DNA of 64,000 nucleotides from Antedon mediterranea (lineage: Eukaryota > Animalia > Echinodermata): NCBI RefSeq assembly GCF_964355755.1, contig NC_092670.1, positions 18,896,795 to 18,960,794 on the forward strand. The letters are read 5' to 3'. The stretch's first letter is position 1. The number at the start of each line of letters is the position of its first letter. A program made the position numbers and the translations under genes. Under the pieces are notes generated by a model. The model ran no database searches. It had not been told where the DNA came from and was given only the letters and a program-made list of their open reading frames with translations. Below, in pieces: positions 50,201 through 64,000 of this stretch.

Positions 50201-53200
50201 ATGTTCTCTATTTTCGTATATTCCAACCCTTTTTAAGAAGTTCTGGAAAATCTAAAGCATAGTAAAGAAAGATGTATTTCATTGACAATATTCTTTATTT
50301 TCGTATGTTTCATAGTAACCTTTTTTTTAAGAAGTTATGACAAATCTAAAGCATAGTAAAGACGCATGTAATTTGATTGACAATGGTCTTTATTTTCGCC
50401 TGTTTCATGATCATTAGTAACCACGTGACTTTGTTTCGTACGCCTTCATCTTTAAAATCCAGAAAACATTATTAATCAAAACCGCAAAAGAGACATCAGT
50501 TAGACCTAATGTGTGTGATTTAATAGAAGATTAAGCAAATAGATGACTCCATGGGGAATGCGATGCATATTATTGATCTATAAGGAGCCTGATGATAAAT
50601 GTTTAAGAAAATCATTACTGTAATTAATTATGAATATCTGCGTGGGTAATTTTCAATAATAATACAGATTATTATTATAAGTGTATTATTATAACTAAAA
50701 TATGTTTACATATATACGTAATTCATACGGTATTAATCAAAATTGATTCGTTAATATCACTCTTCCTAGTTGTTGATGTCCATGTATAATGAGTTAATCA
50801 CAAATGACTCAAGGCAGTAACAAAAACTTCACAACCTATTGACCCCTAGCGCATCCATCCAGATCAATTTTTATATACGAAATGCCATCATATTCAATGT
50901 AGGTATTACTAATCAACGTTAACCAGATGTAAGAAATTATGATACCTTTTAATTATAAGGCTGTGTCGTCCACGTATTGGCTTTATCGATTTGGTTGTAG
51001 AGTTTACGGTACACCATTATGGATCAGTGACGCGAGTGTTAAGAATACGCGATTAGTAATCTGAATTCTTCGTCGAGTTAATCGGTGCGTAACAGAATTG
51101 GCGCCGATGTATATGCACCGTAATGTTATTTATATGGCTACTCACTATGTGCCTAGCCATTATTACTAAATTTACAACCTGATTTTCTCCAGTATTACAA
51201 CTGGATTGTTTCCAGTATGGATAGGTGGGATTCGATTCTTTCAGCGTCGTCACCGATAACTTTCATTTTCCTGCTCTTATTTTTTCAACTTGAACATCAT
51301 CGTCATCTTGATGATCACATAGCTTCATTATTTTATAATACGATTATCAACACCAGCGCTTGACTTTTTTAACGTCTTATTGTTGAAACACAGATTACAT
51401 TACGGTATATGATATAATAATATACATTCTTAATTGGGTAGGCCTACAACAAAGCACTTTCCTCGCCATCCCTAAATAATCACGTTATGGTTATAGGTTG
51501 CTAGATGTAAATAAAAGACGGATAAAGACATAAATAACACTTACTATTGTAGTACACGGGCAATGTTCTGTATACATAAGGTTTAGCAAGAGTTACTATC
51601 TCATCAATGAAAGTGGACATTGCAGCTAGCCTGGCTTGTAAACTACCTTTTCCCGATTCAGTAGGTAGATATGGAGTTCGCACAAATGCGGCTTTGATTT
51701 CAGCTAAAATAGAAAAATGTTTTATTTTTATTTTATTTTATTAATTTTAGCAACATTAAAACAACACATAAACTTTGAGTGTCAAAGGACCACTGTCGCC
51801 ATAAGGCGTGCCACACCAGCACTCAAAGCATACATTAAAACATAAAACAATGTAAATATGTAATATTAATACAATAATTATATACATTAAAGAGGCATAG
51901 TATTTTTAAAGTGGTCCATTAACAATTTTTAAATTGTACCCAACTTCCGCAAACAAAGGCGTCTTTAATATTGACCGGTAGTGTATTCCACAAACGAATA
52001 AATCTGGTTGGGATACAATTCTTTCCACTATCAGTTTTGGATGCAAGATGTTTAAAAGTTAGAACATCCAATGTAATATTAATTATATTGAAAATTGCGT
52101 TTAGTTATGTTCGTTGAGTAGAACTGCATTATTATAATGAACTAAATCACAAACAGCACTCATTTTTGGAACATAGTTCATCAACGAATTTTCCATTTTT
52201 AAACATCTGTTCCATTGTATATTTTAGGTTATAATTTATTGTTATGGCATTTTGAATTGATTGTCATAAATCTGAGGATAATGGAAGGAATATTATCAAA
52301 TGATGAACAGACTCTATTCCCGGACTTATTATTACAGGTAAGCATTAATTATTGTAGTGTAATTATCAGTTAATAAAAGATATCAGACCATATAAAACAT
52401 AGAAAGAGCCAATACCACAATGCTTGAGTTTACAAACCTGTGTTAGATATATGTTGCGGCTCAGGTAACAACATGGGGTACTGATCTGAAGGATAATAGT
52501 TATTATATAACACCTATATAAATTCCTGTCATTTGATTGGACGAATGTGGGTCACATGGCGTGCAATAGTACGCACTATTCAACGATCGTTAAATAGTAC
52601 TTTTTCAAATAACTAGAATTTATTTAGATGTTATATAAAACAAATAATGAATGTTTTGTATTCGTGTAATGGTACAAATAATGGCACTTGGTGAATGATG
52701 AAAGGTTATATCAACTCGGCTTTGCCTCGTTGATATAACCTTTCATCATTCACCTCGTGCCATTATTTGTACCATTACACTCATAAACATTTGTATAATA
52801 TTCCCTATTATAAGTTTGGCTAGATCAAGTGTATATTTTATAGTTTGTATTTGTTAATTTCCTTTCGAATCAGCAGCACATGAGTTAACACATCAAGAAA
52901 GTTTCGTAACTGGTAATTTAAAAAAAAAAACAGAAAAGAAGAGCAATATCTCGGTTTTACCATTCTCACAGATTTCCTCATCTTATCGTTTCAAATTAAT
53001 TAATAATTGTAATATAACCGGACGATTTAGATTGTTGCTTATGAAGGTAAAAGAACTTCTATGTGAAATTTTCTTCTGAGCACTCACGCTTAACGCGTTA
53101 GTTTTTGCGATGATTAATGCATCTTTTCTGCGACATTAGGGTTTGTTTCTCTTGTGGTTAAAAAAAATAGAATAATTAACCCAGTATAGCCGGCCGTACT

Positions 53201-54788
53201 TCAAGGAAATATACCACACTCACCGCGTGACGTGACTTTTATCACGATAGAAAGTCACGAAATTAAATATATAAATGAATAATAACGCTATACGTTACAC
53301 GTAAGTGAGAAATAATGTACAACTTCAGAAATATTGGAGTACAATTGGCTAATGCTACAGCTACGTATTCAGAGAAAACAGTAGTACACGACTTCAAAAC
53401 TCCATCGATATTTTCTGTGAATGTTATACGCCTTAAGATATGTTTCATCGAAATGCACTATGATCGTTAATTCAATCAATTTCTTGTTAGCAACTCCACG
53501 GATCACAAATTAATGAAAATAGCCTTGTATATGCAGTTACTGCATGTATTCCCATTTGATTCTACAGAAATCTACAGTTGCGAATAGGCCTACTACATAG
53601 ATTTATTCATAATTAGAGACCAATTTTATAGTCAGGACTAATACAACCTAGCTCACAAAAATGGTATATCTATACTAAACGTCATTCCAAAGACTTCTAA
53701 AACGAGTGGTATTTGGAAGAATTTAGAATCCAATTCTGGAGAAATAAGTTACTCAACTTGCAGTATTTTTCCATGATCCAACTTACTTAACACCACGAAG
53801 GTAGACAGTATTATTTGTTTTGTCTCCATGGTAAATCTAAATATTGACTTCATAATATTATTCTAAAATCAAGTAAAATATTTGTATCTCGTAAAAAATA
53901 AAAAAGCTAATTTTGCAAAATTGTTTTGTTATCCATGTACCTATGACGAATAATGGAATTTACAGGTAGTAAGCCTTTTGTATTTTACTGATCAAGATCA
54001 TGGTATTGCTGCATGTTGTGAAACAAAACAACGTAGATAATTAAGAAGATATGTTTTGTTTAATATTCGAAGCACGTTTCAATTGCAAATTGAATTTTCA
54101 ACTATACATAACGGTAGTGAAATAATCTATTAGTCTGGTTAAAAATTGTTTTTAAAGTCATGGTGTAACCCATATATTTGAGTGGTTTCTTTATTATTTG
54201 TATGTTAAGTTTTACAAAGGCTATACAATGAGTCTAGGCTTTTTAGTGGAGTTGTGGCTTGGTGGTTATGATTCTGTCTGTCCTGGGTTTAAATCCTGTC
54301 ATATGTCAGGATTTTTTTAAATGACAAATTAAAACGCCACTTCCAAAGACTTTGTTTATGTAGAGCATATTGTATATGTTTACTTTTAAGAAGGATAGTG
54401 AATGAATTCGCTTATGGTTATCCTTGGCAATTTGCCGAAATATATATATAAAAAAATACTAAAATTATGTGCAGTTGGAATAAAATATAACGGTCTTTTG
54501 GTCCTAATTTTGGAGTACAATTTCTACACCCATGGAGAGACAACCGAACCCCAAAAGTTCTTTTGTTTAAAAGATAAGTAGTAAGTACAAACCTTGCGTC
54601 ATTCGTAAACCTGAGATAACATCTAAATTCAATGAATCGTATTCTTTTCCTAAAAAGACCAGTGAGTTTTGTAGCGACGTCAAAATTGTCTCAAGTAGTT
54701 TTTCATTCTGGACACAGTCTTGATTTAAGTCAGATGAGGATGAATGTATCAACAATAAGATGGTAAACGTAACCGTTAAGTATCCCAT
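44286..54788 (-). CDS. C16orf89: UPF0764 protein C16orf89 homolog (secreted), 8 exons
   Basis: Exons 54788-54593, 51703-51545, 48116-47960, 46865-46751, 46425-46278, 45769-45650, 45438-45394 and 44395-44286, all phase-consistent. Signal peptide; motifs LNLD..GLR, SDRCLTELLGTG, GY..THQLLYF, DLFMEQ, WL..ILSWQ...GCF, RRKR and GC.GH.TAVA..LGGYL. Confidence 0.88.
48098..50412. repeat. ~90-100-bp tandem array (~8 units) built from the intron 2/exon 3 junction of the C16orf89 homolog; interrupted by a hAT element
   Basis: AGAAGTTCTGAAAAATCTAAAGCATAGTAAAGAA..ATGTAGTTTGATTGACAATGTTCT..TTTTCGTATG recurs at about 48101, 48190, 48289, 48387, 48478, 48572, 50236 and 50330. Confidence 0.9.
48599..50166. 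mobile_element. Non-autonomous hAT-superfamily DNA transposon (1568 bp)
   Basis: 15-bp TIRs CAG(T/G)GGTGGCGCCAG; perfect 8-bp TSD AAGCATAG (48591-48598 and 50167-50174); subterminal TAGCCCCC..GTCGGGG repeats; internal ~300-bp tandem duplication (about 48676-49275); no transposase ORF. Confidence 0.92.
51721..52350 (-). mobile_element. 3' fragment of a LINE (CR1/L2-group ORF2 C-terminus)
   Basis: Minus-strand translation ...PTRFIRLWNTLPVNIKDA...QFKKLLMDHF (typical WN.LP..FK..L end), followed by an A-rich (TAAAA)n tail. Confidence 0.6.
52501..52800. mobile_element. Non-autonomous element with a long subterminal palindrome (52664-52780)
   Basis: Ends TATTATA...TATAATA; ~52-bp near-perfect stem around CTCGGCTTTGCCTCG. 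Superfamily not assigned. Confidence 0.6.
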
Positions 54789-55033
54789 GTTTCAGAAAAA
54801 TAACTATATCAAAAGAAAAAAAATCATAATAATAACACAATCAATAAAATGCAAACATAATTTAAAAAGATCCACTTTAATATTTAGTCCTATTGTTTCC
54901 TTGTAAATAAAAATCGACTACCTGTAGTTATCTTGCAACAACGAAAATGTGATTAAATTGAAACTGGAGAATACTAGAGTATAAAATGTTAAATATCACG
55001 ACAAACAAATTTGATATCGGTTGTAAATTATTG

Positions 55034-55043
55034 TGCGCATGCG
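55034..55043. promoter_or_regulatory. NRF1-like motif upstream of the C16orf89 homolog
   Basis: TGCGCATGCG about 250 bp upstream of the ATG; a possible 5' UTR exon donor lies at about 54920 on the minus strand. Confidence 0.35.
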
Positions 55044-56595
55044 TATTATTGAAGTTTACATTTTGTCTTCAGTTCTGCCTTGCGGCTTTGAAATCTTTAT
55101 ACTGATTTTGGTTGCGTTTACTTCAGTGTTATTATAACTGCATAGGTACTTAAATGGCAATATAAGCTTAGTAAATGGCAAAATGACATCGTAAAATGTG
55201 CAGGTTATTTAGAGCAATTAGTAGGCCTATATCATGCTAGGTTTGTTACAAGAATCACTTTGGTAGAGTAGAATTCAATTTAAGTTAAATATTAGCTCTA
55301 TGAAGCGAAGATTCCTTTGTTTGCTGATACTGTAAACCATAACCTTGTATCTTTAGAGAATCGCATTAAATGCATCGATATAGTGAGTCTAGTATCTCAC
55401 CTGTGACATGCAAATTTGAACATATTTGACATTGTGATTGGTTTATTTAGCTGACAAAAAATTATGGAGTTTCCTTTGAACTGTTTTTCCTGAAAATTCA
55501 GGAGAACTGAAAAAAATGTCGTTTCCTCCTATATTGAATTGGAGAAGAAACTATTTTTAAAAACTATTTTCACCGATATTTCAGAATATGAATGAAAAAC
55601 CGTCTTGTCAGCTTATGGTTCATCAATATATTACCTTGCATTAATTACTCATCTAAGGCAAATTGTACTGCAGGCATGTTGTACTGTTTCACCAATACAT
55701 TACCACTACTGTAACGACTTGTTTAAGATATTATTGGTCAACTGTTTCACAATCACTCAAATAAGATGTGTAACTTTTTCATCATTATCTCTCTTGTTAA
55801 TTATTATTTACTGTTTCACCAGTCTTTCTTCATATTCACCCATTTTAGGACATTCTCCGTCTCAAGTTATAATATCAATCATTAATATCATATTCGTATC
55901 GTATTCGTTTCCATTGAAATCACTTATAACGCGTATCGGATAGAATAATCATCAGTACACTGGAACAGATTCGGTTTTTAAAATAAAAAATCGAAGTTAT
56001 TGCAAATATTAATTGCGGCTTTACGATTTATGCAGCAACGGATTACCGTCACTTAGCGGATTGCCGCCTTATTTATTAATTAAATAGGTGTAATGCTACT
56101 TTCGTAACCAAACAATTATCATCTTGCCTGACATTCAATTGCATTTGGTCTTTTAACTGAGCAATAATCCTTGGCCGGCTGGCAAGATCTAAATGGGCTT
56201 TTAAACAAACAAGTGAATTCTCCTATCTATCTCCAATCGGTAACTCCCTTATTCCATATTCTTAATCTTGCTTTTCCCATTAAAGTATATACGGTAATAA
56301 ACAAGTGGGTTACTTAAAATATAGGCCTATACCTAATACTACCTAATTTTAAAAAAAAAACACCTATAATAAAAAAAAATCAAAATGACCAAACAAGCCA
56401 AAGAAACCGAATTTCACGGGTAAGTGTAGGCCTATATATATGGACAAATTAAGTAAAGAGAAGAAAGTATTTAGTAATACTAAATAAAGCCTAGCCGTTT
56501 GTTCACTTATTAAGAAAGGAATGATGGCAAATCATTGTAGACAGATGGCATAGTGGCATATCATGGCCGCAATTTTTACTCTGTTGATACAACTT

Positions 56596-56758
56596 GCTCG
56601 TGTGCACTTTAAAGAACCTAGTACATCTTTCGAGACGAGTAGGGGGTTACCCCGGTGTATTAGTACATCACAGCCACTGATCACCAACTGGGCCCTCTGG
56701 GAGATCAGTCTTTGACTGAAGAGGTCACCCAGTATAAAGATAAAAAACAAACAAAAAA
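56596..56758 (+). mobile_element. 5'-truncated SINE (Meta-SINE-like central domain)
   Basis: GCACTTTAAAGAACC..TTCGAGACGAGTAGGGG.T.CCCCGGTG resembles the Meta domain (from recall); ends in an A-rich tail. Confidence 0.5.
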
Positions 56759-58290
56759 ATTTTGTTTTATCAAATACAAAACTCGTACAGTAGACAAAGA
56801 GCGTCTTTCAATTTCATGCGCCGGCAGCAGCGAAATTATAAACATTTTCGAAGTGGTGTTAATGAACGGTTACTGTAAAATGATAAATATTGTAAAATAT
56901 AATTGATAACTTACGTTGCTGGTTAAAGTTTTGAAAGTATTGAGTCAGTTTCTGGAAATGTTCTTTTTCAACTTCAGTGTAGTAGTTTGTTTATGCCAGC
57001 TTTGTAGAAGTGTGATTTAATGTTTGAAGATCCAAAACAGAACCATCAACAGATTCTGATTCTTAGTATTAAATGCCGTTGTTTGTGATTTCAGTTATAT
57101 CGAATGGAAATGTAATAAAAACGTCATCAAATTGATTAGCAGGCAGACGATCCGTCGATGACTACACTGTCAACTATCACGTAGAATTTCTTGATAATTT
57201 ATTGACACAACTCAATAGTAATCATTTGCTTAATAAGTCAAATCGTGATTTCGTTTCCAAGAGTGGTTTAGCCACTTGTTTTGACGGCTCTGACATCTTT
57301 ACCGATGACATCTTCACTTCTCAAACCAATTCATGGAGATAACATCCTCAACAATCAAGCGTAGAAGGCTAATAATAACATTTACGCGCGTAAACTCGAC
57401 AGTACGGTATCTTATTTGTGTGTATCACTCCACAGGTTGTTTGTAGTACTGGATTGTCTTCTTGTGAACACATCTACAGTGTGATGAGTGGTGCTATCAT
57501 AATAATACGTAGTTTACACATTAAAACATTGGTCCTCGGGGTAGCATTATCGTTTGATAGTAATTACGTATTAATAACACGATGTTTCATTGACAAACAC
57601 CTCAACATGTATCCTATACATGTATCTTTACGATGCTCATTTTAAATAGGCATATCTTTTTATATCACACAAGGTGAAGTTTGAGCACAGATATTTATTT
57701 TAAGCTGGTGATGGTATATATTGAATTGAAAAAAAACCCGCGGTCAAGTGAGGACGAATAATGTAACCGAGCTGAATAAGAGGGGGCTATTATACTTTGC
57801 TTGCGTTTTAAGAAAATAACTTAATTGGTTTTGATTGGATCCCACCATACTATTACGTGTTATATTACTTACAACAATGTATAATAATATTTCATTAATT
57901 AATAATAGGGCCTTAATAATAGTAGGCTTTTATTCGCACTAGGCCTTTATGAATTTGTCTATTGTTTTAAATACAAGACTATACTAATTCATCTCGTTAA
58001 ATCAAATTAATTAATTAAATCGCAGATATCCAATTAAATGAATGGCGGGCTTCGTGATATAATTAAGGTTTTTAAAAATATATAGCTTTATATATAGATA
58101 TTGGCAAGTTTTCCCATAAAAAATCTAAAATAACTATCTAATAATAACATATCAAAAGCAAGGGCAGAAACATTATATAATAATCGTTTTATCCTTTGCC
58201 TCTGAATTAAACTTAAATTCGTATGATACACAGTATACATTGCACTGCATTGCAATTGTATTCACGAGCAAGGAGTTGGTACGGTTGTTA

Positions 58291-58451
58291 AGCGTGGTTC
58301 CCACACTAGAGACGCAACAAAAGGACGTACGCGAAACGCAAACGAGTTGACCAATGAGAAGTCATTGTTCGAATAATCCATCGCTTATGATTGGTCAAAT
58401 CACTTATGTCGCGTTACGTTCTTGCGTTGCGTCGCTAGTGGGAACCAAGCT
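58291..58451. mobile_element. MITE, family A copy
   Basis: AGCGTGGTTCCCAC...GTGGGAACCAAGCT with TTA TSD; a more degenerate relative lies at about 60929-61070. Confidence 0.8.
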
Positions 58452-61400
58452 TTATCATCGATTTCCCACGACATGATCTACGGGACTAAATATTAAATAT
58501 GCATGCCAACGACCGTACACAAAAAATGTTGAAAAAGTGTACTGTTAACCAAAACAAAAAGTCTAACATTAATGACATTATATTACCAGTGATATTTATT
58601 AAACAAAATGAGCAAACATGTTACAGGTCAGGCTATATTATATTTGAATATATACGCACGATTAGCTTGGTTCAAACAAGGGCCAATTAAGCGCGTTTGA
58701 GTTGAGCGCAGTTTATATTACACTCAGCAGAAACGAACTCATTGCTCTTTGTGAACCAAACTTTTACAAAGCAATGAAAGTGAAAATAGCTACAATACTT
58801 ATTAAAGAATAAGATTGGTCTCTGAACAAGCCTACTGACAAAGGTCTAACGCTTAGATATGATGCAAGTAAAAAAGTTACGGTAAACTTAAACCCTTGTT
58901 GAATCAAATTGCCCCGTATACGATTTTGTTTCTTAAGCCATTGAATTATCCCCTACCAAATGTCAATATTATTTGCGTTCACATGGGAAGTGGTCCATAA
59001 TTGAAGGGATCGTCATCCCAAGCTATTGCATTCACACGTATGTTGGAAACAACGTATGTATCCGTGATATCTTCACGAAAGGGGATATTAACCAAAGCTA
59101 CAGTAGGATGTTGGAATCACTTAATTACTGTAAGATAAAAAACTTATATAGCTATTTTAAATATTTTAATTATATAATTGTAAAATAATCCACCGCACTA
59201 ACAGTTTACAAAACCTTTACCAATGTTTATAATAACATTTCCTACATTATATAAACAATACAAAGTGTATTACAATTTTAATTAACGGAAATAATTTGCC
59301 CACGATACATGAACACAACTACATTTAGGAAACACTAATATATCATAATAAAAGTACACTTATCATTTGATATCAAAATGCACATAATAATGTAATTTAA
59401 TTTGTTGTTCAGATAAAATGTGTATTTTAAGGGTTACTTGAGGGTCAATGCTGCAACCAGTCCTTCCCATCTTCAGGCACATGCTTAAATACTTTAGTGC
59501 ATTTTGTCATTGTTTAAAAACATATCTTTCATAACAAATGTAATATATCGTTCGTGCATGTCATGTTAAACAGGAAATATCAAATAAATCAATACCATAT
59601 TTGAAAATTGTTTAAAAAGAGTATAAAGGGTCTTTTCTGTAAAAAGGATCATGTTGTGAAAACCTAATGTTAATAATGGTTGCCTTGTGATATAGGCGTT
59701 TTTTGACTTGAGACGACTTAGGACCTATGACGTCCAAACCTTGGATTCTGTATCACAAATATGCGCATTTCAACATTTTTTGGGCGCACATGTACTGTGA
59801 ACATGGTCGACGCGAAACAAAAATTGCAATCGATTTTAGTGCTGTATATGATGTATAATTTAGGTCCTCGCTCGTCGCAAATAAAAAGCTTCCTACTATT
59901 CGGTCCTACATTCAATTGGTATCACAATACAATAGATTTAATTACAAACAAAATATGAATTTTTAAACAAAATCCTTACTGAGCTTTTGAAGCATAAAAT
60001 TAAATTATTTTACCACCTTTAAATATATAATATTTCAAAGTACAGTACATTATTTGAATTGAAGAGCTAGCCATCAATCGATCAAATCATATAATTTCAT
60101 AAACCGGTACACGAAACAAATCTCATACCAACATTTACAAAATTTTGAAAAAATCTTGCAATTAAATTTAACTACCATGTTAAAATAGCTTTAAATTCTG
60201 AGCACATTTAGATAAATATATTTCTTCATAGACATTTTGAGAAGACTTTTAATTATAATAAACTAAAATTAAATTTTCTTATTAATTAACACGGATATAA
60301 TAAACACAGGTGATTAGGATGGCTTATTAATTATAGTTAAATGATATGCAAAACAGTGGTACTTTATTTTGAATAAATTTGAATATTATACAAGAAAACA
60401 ATAAGTACACCTAAACTTCCTTAAAGAGTTTGTCGTCTTAAGAATGGATCTTAAATTAAACTTAAATCATTTTTATTAATGGTTGCATATTGAAATTGAT
60501 TATGAATACAATCCAGCCAATTAAGTAGATCATGAGGCCAGTTGAGTCTTAGCTTGAATGAAAATGTATAAGATTCGAACCAACTTCAGTCAAAAACCAG
60601 AATGCTATCGGCTGTGCCAACTCACTAAACAAGTTAGTCTAAATTCGAAGAAGACTTGAAATTTCTCAAATCTAAATGTATTACTATTGTATGTCCAGAA
60701 CAATTGACTTGTACACAAATTAACAAAATTATAAAAATTAATCAAATATATTTGTTTAAATTTTACCTCATTTAAAATCTCTTTAATAAAGTTATCGGAA
60801 TACAGTGTGCCAGCTCATATACTTATTCCTGCATTAATTAGTTATAAAAGGTTGCTATGTTTTATTGTGTTAAATTACTTTCTATTGAAATTGTGCAAGA
60901 CCACCAACAAGGCTGTGAAAACCATTTAAGTTCAGTTCCCACTTTGACGTAACACAAGAACATATACCCACCACAAGTAATTTGACCAATCACAATGAAA
61001 TGGGTCATCCAACTGTCGCTTGTGATTGGTCAACTAACTAGTGTTGTGTCTACGTTACTGCATTGCATACAAATATTTAGTGATTATCATTATTTGGTAT
61101 GGTAATTTAAATGGTACATGTTAATAAACAGAATATTTCATTGTACTATAAGACCTATTCATTCTATTTTTCTAGTTGCCATGTAACTGTTGTTATCCCA
61201 GCCTTACCACAATAATTACTGCAGCACCTGCAGTTACTGTACAATAAAAATGACATGTGATGAATTTGTAGTTGTTATGAAGTAATATTAATACTGTAGT
61301 CAAATTATTCGACATGTGATTATTATGAAGTGCGCCCTCTAATTATCATATATACACCTCTACATCAATCCCTGATTTCTCATTTCCAGTCAATACTAAT

Positions 61401-61838
61401 ATAATATACAACTTCTAATTTAAGTATTTTGTTACTGGTTGTACATACTTATCAATTATTGACAATGGTGCTGTTTTTACCACCACCACTAATGATGCCC
61501 AGATATGTGACTTAATATGCAAAGACATGAAAAATCTGAAAGATATAATACAATATATACACACATTAAAAATTATAATTCATTGATAATATTTAACTAA
61601 TATAATACAATAACAATTGACCAGGCTGCTTGTTAGCAAGCAGTCAGTTGAAAAAGAAGAATTCTAAAAATAGTTTCTCAAGTACAAAATAAGAAGTGAA
61701 ATTCAAAGAATACTATGTAAAACAAAGCATTATACCAACAGGGGTTCAAGTAGGATATTGATGGGTGGAGTAATCACTTTGTCCATGACATTTCTCTCGG
61801 TGTTTAAGAAAATTAAAAGTACACTCACCTACACACTG

Positions 61839-63301
61839 TTAAAGCAAAAATGGATTAGTTGCTTGGTTCTGTGGTGGCATCTGCATTGAATTTTGAGCCA
61901 TCGGTAATAACGGAGGTGGTAAGCCTGCTCCGGCACCCAACATCACAGGTTGTTGTCCCATACCAAAGCTACCAGGAACTGGTCCTCCAACCACAGGTTG
62001 AGCTCTCATCTGGTTTAGAGTCGGTCTTGGAGCTTGTTGTTGTTGGAAAGGGTTACTGACAGGTGCAGCTGCAGCTGAAGGAGCGGTACCAAAGACAAAC
62101 GGGTTGATTGGTTGGGACAGGCTCGACTGATCGGTTTTATTAGTGACTATTAACGAATCTAAATTCACCAGACTTGAGTTCTCTCCGAGGAAGTCCTCTG
62201 GTTTTTTCTGAGGCTTTGCTTTCTGTTGGTTCATCATCTGAGGCTGTTGTGGAATGGCATCATTTAAAAGATGCATATCAAAGGCACCGACAGGTTGTGG
62301 GTTTGAAGTAGTGTTTGATCGTAAGAGATCAAAATCCAGATCCGGATCACTCTGAGTTGGCGCATTACTGAATCCCCAATCTGGCTGGTTATTTGTAGCA
62401 GGAGCGGGTACTGGTGTGCCCAAATCCCAGGGATCATTCTTGACTGGTACTGATACTGGTACTGGTTCAGCTGTCCAGGGGTCAATATTTTGGGTATTTG
62501 GTTTAGCTGGTAATGGTGCTGGTGCAGCTACTGGTGGTGCTCCCCAGGGATCTGGCATTGGTGGTTTTGATGGTGCTGGTACTCCCCATGGATCTGCTGG
62601 TGGTTGTTGGTTAACGGGGGCAGCAGTTGAGGCCCATGGGTCAGTCAATGCTGTTGCAGTTCCACTGGATGGCATTCCCCAAGGATCTGCCTTTGCTGGA
62701 ACCGGTGTTGGTTCAGCTAGGTTCAGAAGTGTTGGTTGTGGTTTGTTCTAAGATGGACAAAAAAGAACATACTACATGTTACAAGCCAACATACTGGGAT
62801 CATGTTTTATCCCGGGTCTGTATACTGCACTTCTGAAATGACACTCATTTCAGAAGAAGAACCACCATTAAAAACAGTTTCAGTTTTAATTATGTTTCCT
62901 GTAATGACAGGAATAGCATAATATTTGTAAGTATTTATAAATTACAGTAGAATATTATTACACAGTATGGGTCTTAACAGTTCAATGACAAACTAAAAAT
63001 GTGAGAAAAACTTGTCTCAGAATTAAAAACAAATACAACTAATTTAAAGCCTAAAAAAATACATGTAAGCAATACAGTAAAATGTAAAACATACAGTAAG
63101 AATAACTTACTTCCATGCTTTCATTCAATGCTATCTGGAGCCTAATATCATCACTTCGGGTCTGTTTTGTTTGTTGTTCGGCCTCCTCTCGTGACATAGC
63201 AAGGGCTAGCTGTAACTGTAAGTCCTCTTCTCCTGCAGTGGTTGGACGGGCTTGCTCAATCTCTGAATTGGCCGGCCTAGAATGATCATTATGGTCTCCT
63301 C
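61839..63301 (-). CDS. EPN: Epsin, last two exons (ENTH exons lie beyond the window)
   Basis: Exon 63301-63111 has UIMs (EQARPTTAGEEDLQLQLALAMSREEAEQ; DDIRLQIALNES). Exon 62747-61839 has multiple DPW motifs, FLGENSSLVNLDSL and three NPF motifs ending TNPFLL*. Confidence 0.95.
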
Positions 63302-64000
63302 CTGTAAAAACCAGAAAAAGGTCAGATTACCCACTGGGAGCTTACTTAACTCTGGGTAAATTGTTTGCCCAAATGTTGGTATAATCTGTTTGCCACAAAT
63401 AAATTTCATAAAAAATTTCATAGTCTATCACTATCAGATCAAAAAAATGTGTCTGGAGTTGCATATAGCTCGCTTGAGGTTTAGGTTAGGGTGTGTACCT
63501 CTTGCATCACTATCAACAGGTACAAGTAAGCCTAATCAGCTCTGATAGCATACTCAATTATAGTACAATATTGATAAATGATGATTTCATAAAAATACAG
63601 ATCTTTGAAATGTGCACATTACTGTAAACTAAAGTGTCATTGTGACCTGGTTTTAGCCCTCTGGTATCTCAGCACCTCTCTCTATCTAATTTGAATCATT
63701 ACTAAATCTGTGCATACTTTATTCGTATTTATATCATAATTTGTCTACCGGTATCTCTACGTTCCTTCCTTGTTTTGGAACTTCATCAAAGGTATAAATG
63801 ATTGTGCTAATGATGACTTTTTAGAAATATTATAATTATTTAATGATAATTCATTCAAACAGTGTTAACGGCACGTTATTACCTGGTCAATGGAAGAATC
63901 TTAATTCTCTGGGGGAATCTTAAGCGACATGATATGGAATCTATGTATTTACTTAGACGCTAATTGCATTTGTAAATTGGCTTGGTGATGCATCTATGGC

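Noticed and set aside
49952-50226. GC-rich ORFs
   Set aside because: Subterminal repeats of the hAT element; no protein motifs.
54244-54300. tRNA-like A/B box remnants (also at about 20160-20240 and 60570-60625)
   Set aside because: No cloverleaf; at most old SINE heads, too degenerate to call.
62416-62751. Gly-rich plus-strand ORF
   Set aside because: Antisense shadow of the Pro-rich epsin exon.

Overview
AT-rich, intron-rich animal genomic DNA. It is probably a marine invertebrate deuterostome such as an echinoderm, which is inferred from gene content and repeat types only. Five host genes can be spliced together by hand with consistent GT-AG phases: the 3' part of a Polycomb/CBX-type chromodomain gene (+, 476-2907, missed by the ORF track), fascin (+, 4 exons), VWA3A (+, about 32 exons), a UPF0764/C16orf89 homolog (-, 8 exons) and the 3' part of epsin (-). 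Repeats include a decayed, intron-containing PIN/XPG-like nuclease element with a fold-back structure (15.8-18.6 kb), a 5-kb 38-bp satellite, a 27-bp minisatellite, a hAT element with TSDs, Harbinger-type MITEs, a Helentron-like element and SINE/LINE remnants. The most unusual items are (i) a composite in a VWA3A intron of inverted repeats, (TA)n tracts, a minimal hammerhead ribozyme and a tRNA-Asp(ATC)-like gene, (ii) the PIN-nuclease element, and (iii) a tandem array made of copies of a real 3' splice site.
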